DNA of 64,000 nucleotides from Candidatus Woykebacteria bacterium RBG_13_40_15 (GTDB lineage Bacteria > Patescibacteriota > Microgenomatia > Woykebacterales > RBG-16-39-9b), in the NCBI GenBank assembly GCA_001816655.1, contig MHCP01000028.1, forward strand, positions 30,309 to 94,308, given 5' to 3'. Within the stretch, counting starts at the first letter, position 1. Every line of letters begins with the position of its first letter. The position numbers were made by a program, and so were the translations under genes. This document shows positions 8,457-17,052 of this stretch, piece by piece. The notes beneath the pieces were generated by a model. The model saw nothing but the letters and a program-made list of their open reading frames with translations. It was not told where the DNA came from and did not search any database.

Positions 8457-10021
8457 TCAAGAATTGAGTAATTCCCAATCGTCGGAAACAAAGGAGGCGG
8501 CACTACACTTAAATTTTGATCGTAGGTCAAGTTACGGGTTTGGTAACCAGTCCCATCAGTGTAGGCAAACCCGTACCGCTTGTTGGTACCAATCGAACCG
8601 TAAACCGTAACTATGTTTCGCCTGTAATAGGTAGAACTACAGTCTTCGTTGTAATAATTACGGCCGACTCTTCCTTTTTGGGCAAGCAAGGCGGCATGAA
8701 TTTTTAGTTCCTTACTATCATCGTTGTAACCTGGCTGAGTCGGAAGAGTACCTTCACTGTTCAAACCAACCGAAATATCCTTCTGGGCAATCAGACCTAG
8801 CTTGTCGCTGCCGTCAAGATTGGTGTACTCAAGATCACTGTTTATAAAGATTGAACGGTCGGTCGACTCCGGCAAAGTCGCTGCTGCTATTGTAAGCTGA
8901 GCATCGTCAATTTGGCCGTCAATCCATAAATTATCCTCAACAAAGATAAGACCATTATTTGGAAAAAGGACATCGTTACCAATCTTGGTTTGGCTGTTAA
9001 TTGTATTCTTATCTTGCCATTTATACTGATTACCAGTCCAGCAAGATCCGGTTGTACTGTTCACCCTGTAAATGTCGAAACTATGGATCGGAGCTGTCTG
9101 TAAAACGATGTGATAACCACTGGCTCCCGAGGGACCGTAGTAAAGCCCATCTGGTGGTTGGGCTTTTTCTTTAATATCGGCTAAATCCGCTGTTACTTGA
9201 TTGAAATCTACAGGCGGAACTGGAAAACTAGTCCCTCCAAGAAAGACTTGAGAAGGATCCGGACGGTGAGTATGGACCCCCGGCTCATTTGGTCCGCTAT
9301 GATCGGGATCATTATAATTAGCCATAGCACTAGTAACTAAACCGTGGGCTACACCATCAAAACGAACCCCGCCATTGTTATGAACTGGGCCAAAAACTTC
9401 AGTACCCTCTCCAAAGCGGAGATGATTGGTTGTATCATTGGCCACAACAGCATATTGGGCAAACGATGGTACGCCAAGTGTAGCTATAATCGTCCTATTT
9501 TCATTACCGTCTGCAACGTCTCCTCTAGATTCTACTACCACCTTACCACCACCACTTGCCCCACCTCCTCCACAAGGCCCAAAATAATCACCATGGGCCA
9601 AATGAGCCGCCACGGCAGAAGGGGCAACTGTTAGGGTCTCATCGACTGGTGGTGGAACGTGGCAAATAATAACCTTACCCCCCTGGGTAATTTCTGGTGG
9701 TGCAACCCAAAGGGTGTAGGTACCAATCACCTTTCCGGTATTATCCGTATAGTTGTGTACAAAGGGGCCATATGGAGGGGAACCTACGCAAGGGTTGCCA
9801 TCACAATAATCGTCAGGGGAGTGCACAAGATGCCAAAGGTAGTAGTTTATTCCTGCCTCAGCAACATCTAAGGCAGACAGCCTTCTGACTCCCGCGTTTG
9901 AATTTTTTAATCCCAATATGACCAAACTAACGACAACAAAGAGAACTCCAGCAACAATGCTTATTAGTATTATCGACCAAATTAAAGCTAATCCCCGCTC
10001 TTTTATAAAACAAGTTCTCAT
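8441..10021 (-). CDS. large membrane-anchored pilus-associated protein (hypothetical)
   Basis: 526-aa ORF with an N-terminal TM. Gly/Asn/Thr-rich extracellular region. Sits inside the pilin gene cluster. Confidence 0.5.
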   Translation of the reverse strand: MRTCFIKERGLALIWSIILISIVAGVLFVVVSLVILGLKNSNAGVRRLSALDVAEAGINYYLWHLVHSPDDYCDGNPCVGSPPYGPFVHNYTDNTGKVIGTYTLWVAPPEITQGGKVIICHVPPPVDETLTVAPSAVAAHLAHGDYFGPCGGGGASGGGKVVVESRGDVADGNENRTIIATLGVPSFAQYAVVANDTTNHLRFGEGTEVFGPVHNNGGVRFDGVAHGLVTSAMANYNDPDHSGPNEPGVHTHRPDPSQVFLGGTSFPVPPVDFNQVTADLADIKEKAQPPDGLYYGPSGASGYHIVLQTAPIHSFDIYRVNSTTGSCWTGNQYKWQDKNTINSQTKIGNDVLFPNNGLIFVEDNLWIDGQIDDAQLTIAAATLPESTDRSIFINSDLEYTNLDGSDKLGLIAQKDISVGLNSEGTLPTQPGYNDDSKELKIHAALLAQKGRVGRNYYNEDCSSTYYRRNIVTVYGSIGTNKRYGFAYTDGTGYQTRNLTYDQNLSVVPPPLFPTIGNYSILDWKEK

Positions 10022-10620
10022 AAATTAGTTTTATTCCATCTAAGCTGCGCACTAGTTTCCACTTTAAATGGGCTTGGATTATCCAGCTGTTTAAAAATAA
10101 ATTTCATCTTTATCAGCGTAACCTCCAAGGGATTTATAGGTGCGGAGAGCGTCTCTCCATCTTGATTATAATACGAAAAGATTCTTTCTGCCCCATTAAT
10201 CACATCAAAGGCTAAAATTTTTGTTGTTTCGGAAGCTGGGTTGTAGGTATATGGCGCTTCAGAACCGGTTGGCGGTATCTCGCCTCTCATCAAACTTGTT
10301 CCGTCTAGGTAAAATCTCACCTGGAATGGAGCAGGATCTGTTGCGACTACATATTCTCTAATTGTTAGGCCCTGGTTTCCTGCTGACACAATTTCAGTTG
10401 CTTGTCTTACCTCTTTTGTAATTCTTTCACAAACTGCTTGAGCTTGATTATTCGCCTTGTAGGATTCCCAACTGCCTTGGCTTCTTTTAAAAACCTGAAC
10501 AATTATAGTTATAACGACGATTAGAATAATTGAAGATATTCCAATCGCGATAAGAAGTTCAAGTAAACTAAAGCCGCGGTTTCCAGTTTTTAATTTTTCC
10601 CACCAATCCGTGATTTTCAT
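10018..10620 (-). CDS. prepilin-type N-terminal cleavage/methylation domain minor pilin
   Basis: N-terminus ...NRGFSLLELLIAIGISSIILIV matches the class-III signal with G^FxLxE. Confidence 0.7.
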   Translation of the reverse strand: MKITDWWEKLKTGNRGFSLLELLIAIGISSIILIVVITIIVQVFKRSQGSWESYKANNQAQAVCERITKEVRQATEIVSAGNQGLTIREYVVATDPAPFQVRFYLDGTSLMRGEIPPTGSEAPYTYNPASETTKILAFDVINGAERIFSYYNQDGETLSAPINPLEVTLIKMKFIFKQLDNPSPFKVETSAQLRWNKTNL

Positions 10621-10626
10621 ATTTCT

Positions 10627-12075
10627 TTATGGCCCTGTTATCGTAAATCCAGCTGTTTGGGTGGTAGATTTACCGTCGGGCTTGGTTACTACCAAATCCC
10701 ATGTTCCGGTAGCTACTCCGGTTAAATCAAAATTACAAGAAAGTTTCGTATCCGAATCGCTACTAACTACATCGGTGGCAATAATATCGCTCTGGCCGCT
10801 TTTTACAAGTTTCAGGATGGACCCAACTGGTAAATTGGCCCCAAGCACTTCTACTGAGACAACAAGGTTGTTTAGGCCAGAGTTGGGTGCAACTTGGGAA
10901 ATCTGTGGCCAGGAAGAGTCAGTAGTCACTTTCAAAGTAGCAGCAGTACTACTCCCAGCTGGCACACTCACATTTTGGTATGGGTTGGTGCTGATAATAT
11001 AATAGCCATCTGGCACTGAAAAACTATAGTTGTCCCATTCCAAATCGGCAATTGAAATTACCCCGCCAGAACCGCTACTGAAAGTATCAGAATACTTGGG
11101 AATGTACGGATTTATTTCATCTGGATCCTTGTAAATTGCCTTTTCCTCAGAACCGGCAACTGCCACTTCTAAGTCTGGGACTGGTGCCCCGGATTCATTT
11201 ACGACTGTGATCTGTAGGTTGGCGAGTAAATCAATTTTCAGCGTTTTATCGGCCACCTGCTGAGCCAAAATATTAAAGTCACCATTTGTTGGATTATAAC
11301 CAGGTATGTTATCCGGGTAGGTTTGATCGCTGGAGTATTCAGGCAGACTAACCTCAAGGTGGTAGCTATTATTGGTGTCTTCTGGAAGTAGGGGGATTTG
11401 CAAATCGCCGTTTACATCAGTAATAGTCACGATTTCCCAAGTTGGGCCTAAGTTGACATTAGTAAGAGTCACATTAGCGTTGGGTACCGGATCTCCGTTG
11501 GAATCTATCACCTGTAAAAAGAGGATTCCAGTATCATCGCTCGTCTCAGCAGCATTAGCAGAAATGTTGGTCGAAATTGACGTCAAGACCTTGGCGTTAC
11601 TATTGCCTCTTACCTGGGTAATTGCTGAACAACCGGCGGTAAAAGAAACCGGTTGTCTTACTTCTATTGTGACTTTCTTGTAGTCAAACGCATAAAAATC
11701 CTGAGGCTTACCCGGAATAGTTCCAGAAGCATTACCATCAAAAGGGTCATCTACAAAGTTAATGTAAGTAAGCACCAGGTAGCTATATCCACCCGAATTT
11801 ACCTGCGCCACGTCGAGAAGACCACCATGGGGCAAAACTGTTCCGCACTGAGTAGAAAGTTCATCGTAAGGCATGTTTTTGAGAACTTCCATCTTTTCAT
11901 TGGCAAGGTTTTGGGCGCGCACTATATCTTGGGAAACTAGGGTTACTTTTAAAATCGAAACAATTGTTGAAAGGATTGCGGCGCCAGCAATAGCAATAAC
12001 AGCAGTAGCGATCAAGGTCTCGATTAACGTGAAGCCTTTTTGCGGATTTTTAGAAATAGGCAGACATTCCCCCAC
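10627..12075 (-). CDS. large prepilin-type pseudopilin / minor pilin
   Basis: N-terminus ...QKGFTLIETLIATAVIAIA is a type IV pilin signal. 482 aa. Confidence 0.7.
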   Translation of the reverse strand: MGECLPISKNPQKGFTLIETLIATAVIAIAGAAILSTIVSILKVTLVSQDIVRAQNLANEKMEVLKNMPYDELSTQCGTVLPHGGLLDVAQVNSGGYSYLVLTYINFVDDPFDGNASGTIPGKPQDFYAFDYKKVTIEVRQPVSFTAGCSAITQVRGNSNAKVLTSISTNISANAAETSDDTGILFLQVIDSNGDPVPNANVTLTNVNLGPTWEIVTITDVNGDLQIPLLPEDTNNSYHLEVSLPEYSSDQTYPDNIPGYNPTNGDFNILAQQVADKTLKIDLLANLQITVVNESGAPVPDLEVAVAGSEEKAIYKDPDEINPYIPKYSDTFSSGSGGVISIADLEWDNYSFSVPDGYYIISTNPYQNVSVPAGSSTAATLKVTTDSSWPQISQVAPNSGLNNLVVSVEVLGANLPVGSILKLVKSGQSDIIATDVVSSDSDTKLSCNFDLTGVATGTWDLVVTKPDGKSTTQTAGFTITGP

Positions 12076-12124
12076 ACATTAATTCTACAAAAAATCCTTT
12101 CACTTTTCCATCCCGAACCTTAAT

Positions 12125-12577
12125 TTACAATATTACTCTACACTTCAATTTATCAATAGATTGAAGTGGTCGACCACCTAAAAGCTTTGCACGGGCCTTC
12201 ATATTTGTTTTCGCACCAAGGAAAGCTTCCAACCAACTCATCTCTCTTTTCTCCTCTTTAAACCTATCGGCAAACCTTCTAATAAACTCCTTAAATTTCG
12301 GGTTCCCTAACTTATACCCTACATCCCTAATTGTCGCTGTACTAACCTTAAGAGCATCGGAAATACTTTTGTAATCCACCCCTACTTCGAGCATAACCGC
12401 AATTGCCAACCTTTTCGCAAGCATTGTTTTTTCCGCACTCGACAAAAATACATTCAAAAACTCTTCGGTAACCGCTTCGTCGTCCAAATTAATAATTACT
12501 CCCCAAAAGGTCTCTAAAATATCTTTATAAACTTTTTCTTTCAGCGGGACTTTAGATACTCTCGTCATATACTTCAA
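12125..12577 (-). CDS. YerC/TrpR-like HTH DNA-binding protein
   Basis: AKRLAIAVMLEVGVDYKSISDALKVSTATIRDV is a TrpR/YerC-type HTH. The gene is bracketed by two identical 27-bp palindromic repeats (12142-12168 and 12571-12597). Confidence 0.5.
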   Translation of the reverse strand: MKYMTRVSKVPLKEKVYKDILETFWGVIINLDDEAVTEEFLNVFLSSAEKTMLAKRLAIAVMLEVGVDYKSISDALKVSTATIRDVGYKLGNPKFKEFIRRFADRFKEEKREMSWLEAFLGAKTNMKARAKLLGGRPLQSIDKLKCRVIL

Positions 12578-12640
12578 TTTATCAATAGATTGAAGTGTAA
12601 GTCAAGAGAAAAATTTGTCGACAGAACTAAAATACAGGGC

Positions 12641-12670
12641 TTGATAACGAAAATAATTTATCCTATAATG
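12641..12670 (+). promoter_or_regulatory. sigma70-like promoter of island-2 ORF
   Basis: TTGATA at 12641-12646, TATAAT at 12665-12670, then SD aaaggagg and ATG at 12694. Confidence 0.45.
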
Positions 12671-12693
12671 CTTACTGAGAAAGGAGGCTGAAT

Positions 12694-12981
12694 ATGCCAT
12701 CAGACCCAAGGGTCTTAGGAAGGATTATCGACGAACTTGTGCCCCGGATTCCCCAACGTTCGGTCCACGTCTACGAGGAGTCTCGGATATTCGCCAGGCT
12801 CGAGCTGACGGAGGAAGACCTCTCCGACCTTCTATACGAAGTCCAGAACGAGGGTACATGTCCAGAACTCGATCTACCCAACATGTTCAAGGAATTCATC
12901 GCCGAACAACACCCCGAGACCGCCGCGTACGGAATCTTGCGGTTCGTCAAGAGGCGACAGGAGATGCTTGCGGCAGCCTAG
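12694..12981 (+). CDS. hypothetical protein (GC-rich island 2)
   Basis: 95-aa ORF with high-GC codons, its own consensus promoter and SD, followed by a hairpin (agagggtac...gtgccctct). Confidence 0.5.
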   Translation: MPSDPRVLGRIIDELVPRIPQRSVHVYEESRIFARLELTEEDLSDLLYEVQNEGTCPELDLPNMFKEFIAEQHPETAAYGILRFVKRRQEMLAAA

Positions 12982-13045
12982 ACACGGAGAGAATCAACAA
13001 AGAGGGTACTTGGAAACGAGTGCCCTCTTATCGTAATTAACTTTG

Positions 13046-14512
13046 TCAGCTAACTACCTTTTTAAGCTTTTGGCCTTCGGGGGTATCGACTACCTCGTAA
13101 CCTTTCCCTTTGATTTCGTTTCTTAATTTATCTGATTCTGAAAAATCGCCTTTTTTCCACGCTTCTTCGCGCTGTTCAATAAGCTTTTTTACTTCTTCTG
13201 GTACTTCAGCAGCCTCTTCAGCGACTTTTTCGAGATCGAGCCCAAGAACTTCGTCAAACTTATATAATGTAGCAGCCTTTTCGCCTACAGGCATATTGCT
13301 TCTTACCAAATCCCAAACCAAAGTTAGTGCAGCTGGTGTATCTAAATCATTATTGACAGCATCAACGAATTTCTTTTCGAAATCACTGTTTACACTAGTT
13401 ACTTCTCCGTTTGTAACATAACCAGTTAGTTCCCGATATAAATTATTCAATGCAGTTTCAGCAGCTTTGAGGGAATCCCAGGTAAAATTCAATCTTGAGC
13501 GGTAGTGTGTTGTTAATGTTAAGTATCGAAAAGCTAATGGATTGAAGCTTTTTTTAACCAAGTCGCTTACCGTGTAAACATTTCCCTCTCTCCTCGCCAT
13601 TTTCTTTCCGTCAACCAACAAGAAGCCGGCGTGCAACCAGTAGTTAACTACTTTTTCTCCTGTGGCAGCTTCACTTTGGGCAATTTCATCCTCGTGGTGA
13701 GGAAAAATATTGTCTTCCCCACCGGTGTGAATATCAATCCTTCGACTTTGCTCATGATTAAACTCCCCGTCTTTAAACGCATCAGTCAAATATTTTAATG
13801 ACATTGCGGAGCATTCTATATGCCAGCCGGGGAAGCCTTCGCCCCAAGGACTATCCCATTTCAAACTACGATCGTTTTGGGCTTTTTTCCAAAGAGCAAA
13901 ATCAATAGAATCTTTTTTATCGGTCTCGGTTGCCACCCTAACTGCTCCCAGCAATTTATCCATTTTATCTAGAGTGTTGCCGGATAATTTTCCATAGTCA
14001 GCAAACCTCTTGACGTCGAAGTATATGGTCCCCCTAGTTTCATAGGCAAAACCTTTTTCCAGTAGTTGTTTAGTTAATTCAATCATTTCGCTGATGTGTT
14101 CAGTGGCCTTAGGAAAAACATTGGCTGGAATTATGTTGAGGACTTTTTCATCGTCGAGAAACTTTTTTGTGTATTCAGAAGCTACTTCTTGCGGGGTCTT
14201 TCCCTGTTTTAGCGCCTCATCAATTATTGGATCAATAGCGGCCTCTTCACCTGCCCCACGAGGTCCTGACGTAGCGGGGTCAGTCCGCATATGCCCAACA
14301 TCGGTAATGTTTTTAACGTGATAAACTTTGTAACCGTTGTAAGTTAATACTCTTTTGAGAATATCGGCCGAAAGATATGTCCGCAGGTTTCCAATGTGAA
14401 TATCTCGATAAACCGTCGGCCCACAAGAATAAATTCCAACTTTATCCGAATTAATTGGAACAAACTTTTCCTTCTTTTTTCCAAGTGTATTGGTTAAAAA
14501 AATATCGGCCAC
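13046..14512 (-). CDS. cysS: cysteine--tRNA ligase
   Basis: CGPTVY...HIGN (HIGH motif region) near the N-terminus, KMSKS-like KMARREGN, class-I aaRS length. Confidence 0.9.
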   Translation of the reverse strand: MADIFLTNTLGKKKEKFVPINSDKVGIYSCGPTVYRDIHIGNLRTYLSADILKRVLTYNGYKVYHVKNITDVGHMRTDPATSGPRGAGEEAAIDPIIDEALKQGKTPQEVASEYTKKFLDDEKVLNIIPANVFPKATEHISEMIELTKQLLEKGFAYETRGTIYFDVKRFADYGKLSGNTLDKMDKLLGAVRVATETDKKDSIDFALWKKAQNDRSLKWDSPWGEGFPGWHIECSAMSLKYLTDAFKDGEFNHEQSRRIDIHTGGEDNIFPHHEDEIAQSEAATGEKVVNYWLHAGFLLVDGKKMARREGNVYTVSDLVKKSFNPLAFRYLTLTTHYRSRLNFTWDSLKAAETALNNLYRELTGYVTNGEVTSVNSDFEKKFVDAVNNDLDTPAALTLVWDLVRSNMPVGEKAATLYKFDEVLGLDLEKVAEEAAEVPEEVKKLIEQREEAWKKGDFSESDKLRNEIKGKGYEVVDTPEGQKLKKVVS

Positions 14513-14635
14513 AAGGTTATTATAACGTGAATTGGTCGATTAGTTAATCTTTATGTTATAATCTTTTCGTCCAAAACCGACGGACAATCAGCTAAGAGAT
14601 CAAACCAGCGAAGCTGGTGGGAAGGACAGAGAAAA

Positions 14636-15271
14636 ATGGCACCCAAAAAGGAAGAGCGAAGCAAAACGATCATACGAAGAATAATCGCTGTCGCCTGTGT
14701 TCTTTTTCTAGTCGCTAGCGGCTTCTTGGGGTTGGCGGTCAGAAATATTCTCACGCCAGCAGGAGCCGCCGCCGAAGAGACCGTCACCAAAGACGATGTT
14801 TGGCTGTCTCAAGGAGCCTCTGTACTACCGGAGTGGGGCGTCGTCTGTGGCATCAGAACACAACCGGTCTCGATGGACGATTTCCACGCAAAGACTTCCG
14901 AAACACCAATCGTGTTCTTAACCGACTTGAAGGATACTACCTGCTGCGGAAGCGATTGGGGAAGTACGCTAAAGATCGTCTATCTCGACATAAACCAGGA
15001 CCCTCCCATCCAAGCAGAGGTGGTCGTCGCCAAAGCAAAGGGCTATCAATACATAGGAAGACGCACTCTCGACAGGGGCACCAGCGGCAAAGACACCGGC
15101 ACTATCACGGTAGAGCTAGCCGCCGACTACAGCTCAGGTGGAAAGAGGGTCGAAGTGATCTTAGGCTTGGTCTTTGGAGGTATATTTGCCCTTGCCGGGA
15201 TAAGAGCTCTGGCCGTCTTGATTATCTACTTGAGGGCTACAGGACCGAAATCGGAAATCGACGTCGGCTGA
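14636..15271 (+). CDS. hypothetical membrane protein (GC-rich island 3)
   Basis: 211-aa ORF with N-terminal and C-terminal TM segments and high-GC codons. The overlapping Arg/His-rich frame 14800..15435 is rejected. Confidence 0.45.
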   Translation: MAPKKEERSKTIIRRIIAVACVLFLVASGFLGLAVRNILTPAGAAAEETVTKDDVWLSQGASVLPEWGVVCGIRTQPVSMDDFHAKTSETPIVFLTDLKDTTCCGSDWGSTLKIVYLDINQDPPIQAEVVVAKAKGYQYIGRRTLDRGTSGKDTGTITVELAADYSSGGKRVEVILGLVFGGIFALAGIRALAVLIIYLRATGPKSEIDVG

Positions 15272-15462
15272 GGGAAGAGATCATTCGGACTCGTGCGGGG
15301 CGTGCGGAACCAGCAACACTGCGCGCCCTGCTTCCCAATCCCCAATTTTCACATTTCATTAAATCAAAACGCTACAAATGTACACACAAATGTAATGTAC
15401 ACACCAGGAGTGTACAATGTTTTAACCGACCTTAGATGATTAGTCGGCGTTAATAAAAAAAC

Positions 15463-15637
15463 CGCTATTACGGCAGCTGGCGTCTTAAAACTTGCAAAAA
15501 TACAAAGAGGAGACGGAAACTGAACGATTAGAGAATTTCCGAGGATGTCCCGAAGTATTTTTGCAAAGTTTTACAGCCAGCGAAGTTTAGCGGAAGTTTT
15601 GGTACCACCTTTCCAAAAAGGTGGTAAAAGTAGTTTA
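15463..15637 (+). ncRNA. candidate structured sRNA / repeat, copy 1 of a 2-copy family
   Basis: ~88% identical to 41758-41926. Long stem gctggcgtcttaaaacttgcaaaaata / tatttttgcaaagttttacagccagc. 3' hairpin ccacctttccaaaaaggtgg followed by an A/T-rich tail. Confidence 0.45.
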
Positions 15638-16081
15638 GGAAAGCTTTTCTTTGACAACACCACTTACCAGGCCCATATCTGCTTTTCCTTTGAGTTTCGG
15701 AGAAAGAACCCCCATTACCTTCCCCATATCCTGCATAGAAGAGGCACTGGTTTCAGCTACTGCACTATCAACCAATTTTCGTATTTCCTCTTCACCCATT
15801 TGTTCCGGAAGATATCCTTGCAATATTTCCAGTTCCTTGCTTTCTTTATCAGCGAGTTCTTGCCTACCCCCGGCTTTATAACTCTCGATCGACTCTTTTC
15901 TCTGCTTTATTTCTTTTTGGATAACTCCTAAAATTTCCTCATCGCTAGGGTTGTAACTAGCACTTTCCTTAGCAATTGCAAAGTTTTTAATTGCGCCTAG
16001 TAACAAACGTAGGGTTGAAACCTTCAACTCATCTTTTGCTTTCTGCGCCTCTATTAAATTTTTTTGAATCTTCTCTAGCAT
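15635..16081 (-). CDS. yqeY: GatB/YqeY domain protein
   Basis: 148 aa. Pattern ...LRLLLGAIKN...EILQGYLP is typical of the YqeY family. Confidence 0.75.
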   Translation of the reverse strand: MLEKIQKNLIEAQKAKDELKVSTLRLLLGAIKNFAIAKESASYNPSDEEILGVIQKEIKQRKESIESYKAGGRQELADKESKELEILQGYLPEQMGEEEIRKLVDSAVAETSASSMQDMGKVMGVLSPKLKGKADMGLVSGVVKEKLS

Positions 16082-16129
16082 AAGCCCCCTTTTTATTTTA
16101 ATTTTGAATTTTAACTTTTGCCTTTTTAC

Positions 16130-16726
16130 TTAATACTCCATTCTCCCCTCAATCGCCCGACTAAGAGTCACTTCATCAGCATATTCTAGATCTGCCCCAA
16201 CTGGCAAACCACGAGCGATACGGGTGATTTTTATACCTAGGGGGGAAATTAGTTTTTGCAAATACATTGCCGTACTTTCACCCTCAACACTTGGATTGGT
16301 TGCCAAAATTATTTCTTTTATGGCGCCTTTTTTTAGTCTATTAAGTAGCTCTTTTATCCGAAGATGCTCTGGCCCAATCCCCTGCAGGGGCGCAATACAG
16401 CCGCCAAGAATATGGTAAAGCCCTCTGTAAGCGCGTGATTTTTCAAGGGCTGAAACATCCAATGGTTCCTCTACTATCATTATAGCGGACTTATCACGGC
16501 CTTCAGCACTACAGATTTCGCAAGGATTCACTTCCGTGATATTAAAACAAGTTTCACAAATTGTGGTTTTTTCTTTTAGATCAACTACTGCGCTAGCTAG
16601 TTGCGCGGCATACTCTTTTGGAGCATTCAATAAATGGTAGGTTAGTCGCTCTGCTGTCTTTGGACCAATACCGGGAAGTTTTTCAAATTCGACTATCACT
16701 GCCTCAACTGATTTTGGAATCCGCAT
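16130..16726 (-). CDS. recR: recombination protein RecR
   Basis: HhH GIGPKTAERL, C4 zinc finger CETCFNITEVNPCEIC, Toprim region. Confidence 0.9.
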   Translation of the reverse strand: MRIPKSVEAVIVEFEKLPGIGPKTAERLTYHLLNAPKEYAAQLASAVVDLKEKTTICETCFNITEVNPCEICSAEGRDKSAIMIVEEPLDVSALEKSRAYRGLYHILGGCIAPLQGIGPEHLRIKELLNRLKKGAIKEIILATNPSVEGESTAMYLQKLISPLGIKITRIARGLPVGADLEYADEVTLSRAIEGRMEY

Positions 16727-16745
16727 ATATTAACAATTTGTTGAA

Positions 16746-17027
16746 CTAACCTTTGAGAAGATCCTGCAATCCTTCCATTCCGCCCATCATCCCCTGCATT
16801 TTTTTCGCGGCGACTTTTTGGGCTTCATCGAGAGCTTTATTAACTGCATCTTTCAGATCATTTGGATTGACATCCTGCGGAAAGTCAATTTCTTTTATTT
16901 TTTGTGCCGCATTTATGCGGACTTTCACACCATGCACCTCGACATCGATAATTTCCGACTCGAGTTCCTTCTTCATCGCATCTGCTTTTCTTTTTAGATC
17001 GTACATCTGCTTCAACTTATCAAACAT
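16746..17027 (-). CDS. ybaB: nucleoid-associated protein YbaB/EbfC
   Basis: 93 aa, MQGMMGGM and coiled-coil. Positioned between dnaX and recR. Confidence 0.85.
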   Translation of the reverse strand: MFDKLKQMYDLKRKADAMKKELESEIIDVEVHGVKVRINAAQKIKEIDFPQDVNPNDLKDAVNKALDEAQKVAAKKMQGMMGGMEGLQDLLKG

Positions 17028-17052
17028 AGTACCTCCGATTTATTTAATAATT

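Noticed and set aside
14800-15435. 211-aa Arg/His-rich ORF in an alternative frame of island 3. The same applies to 30207..30467, 41020..41283 and 55350..55763.
   Set aside because: Typical spurious long ORFs produced by high-GC sequence in the wrong frame. Their composition (R/H/P/G-rich) is not protein-like.
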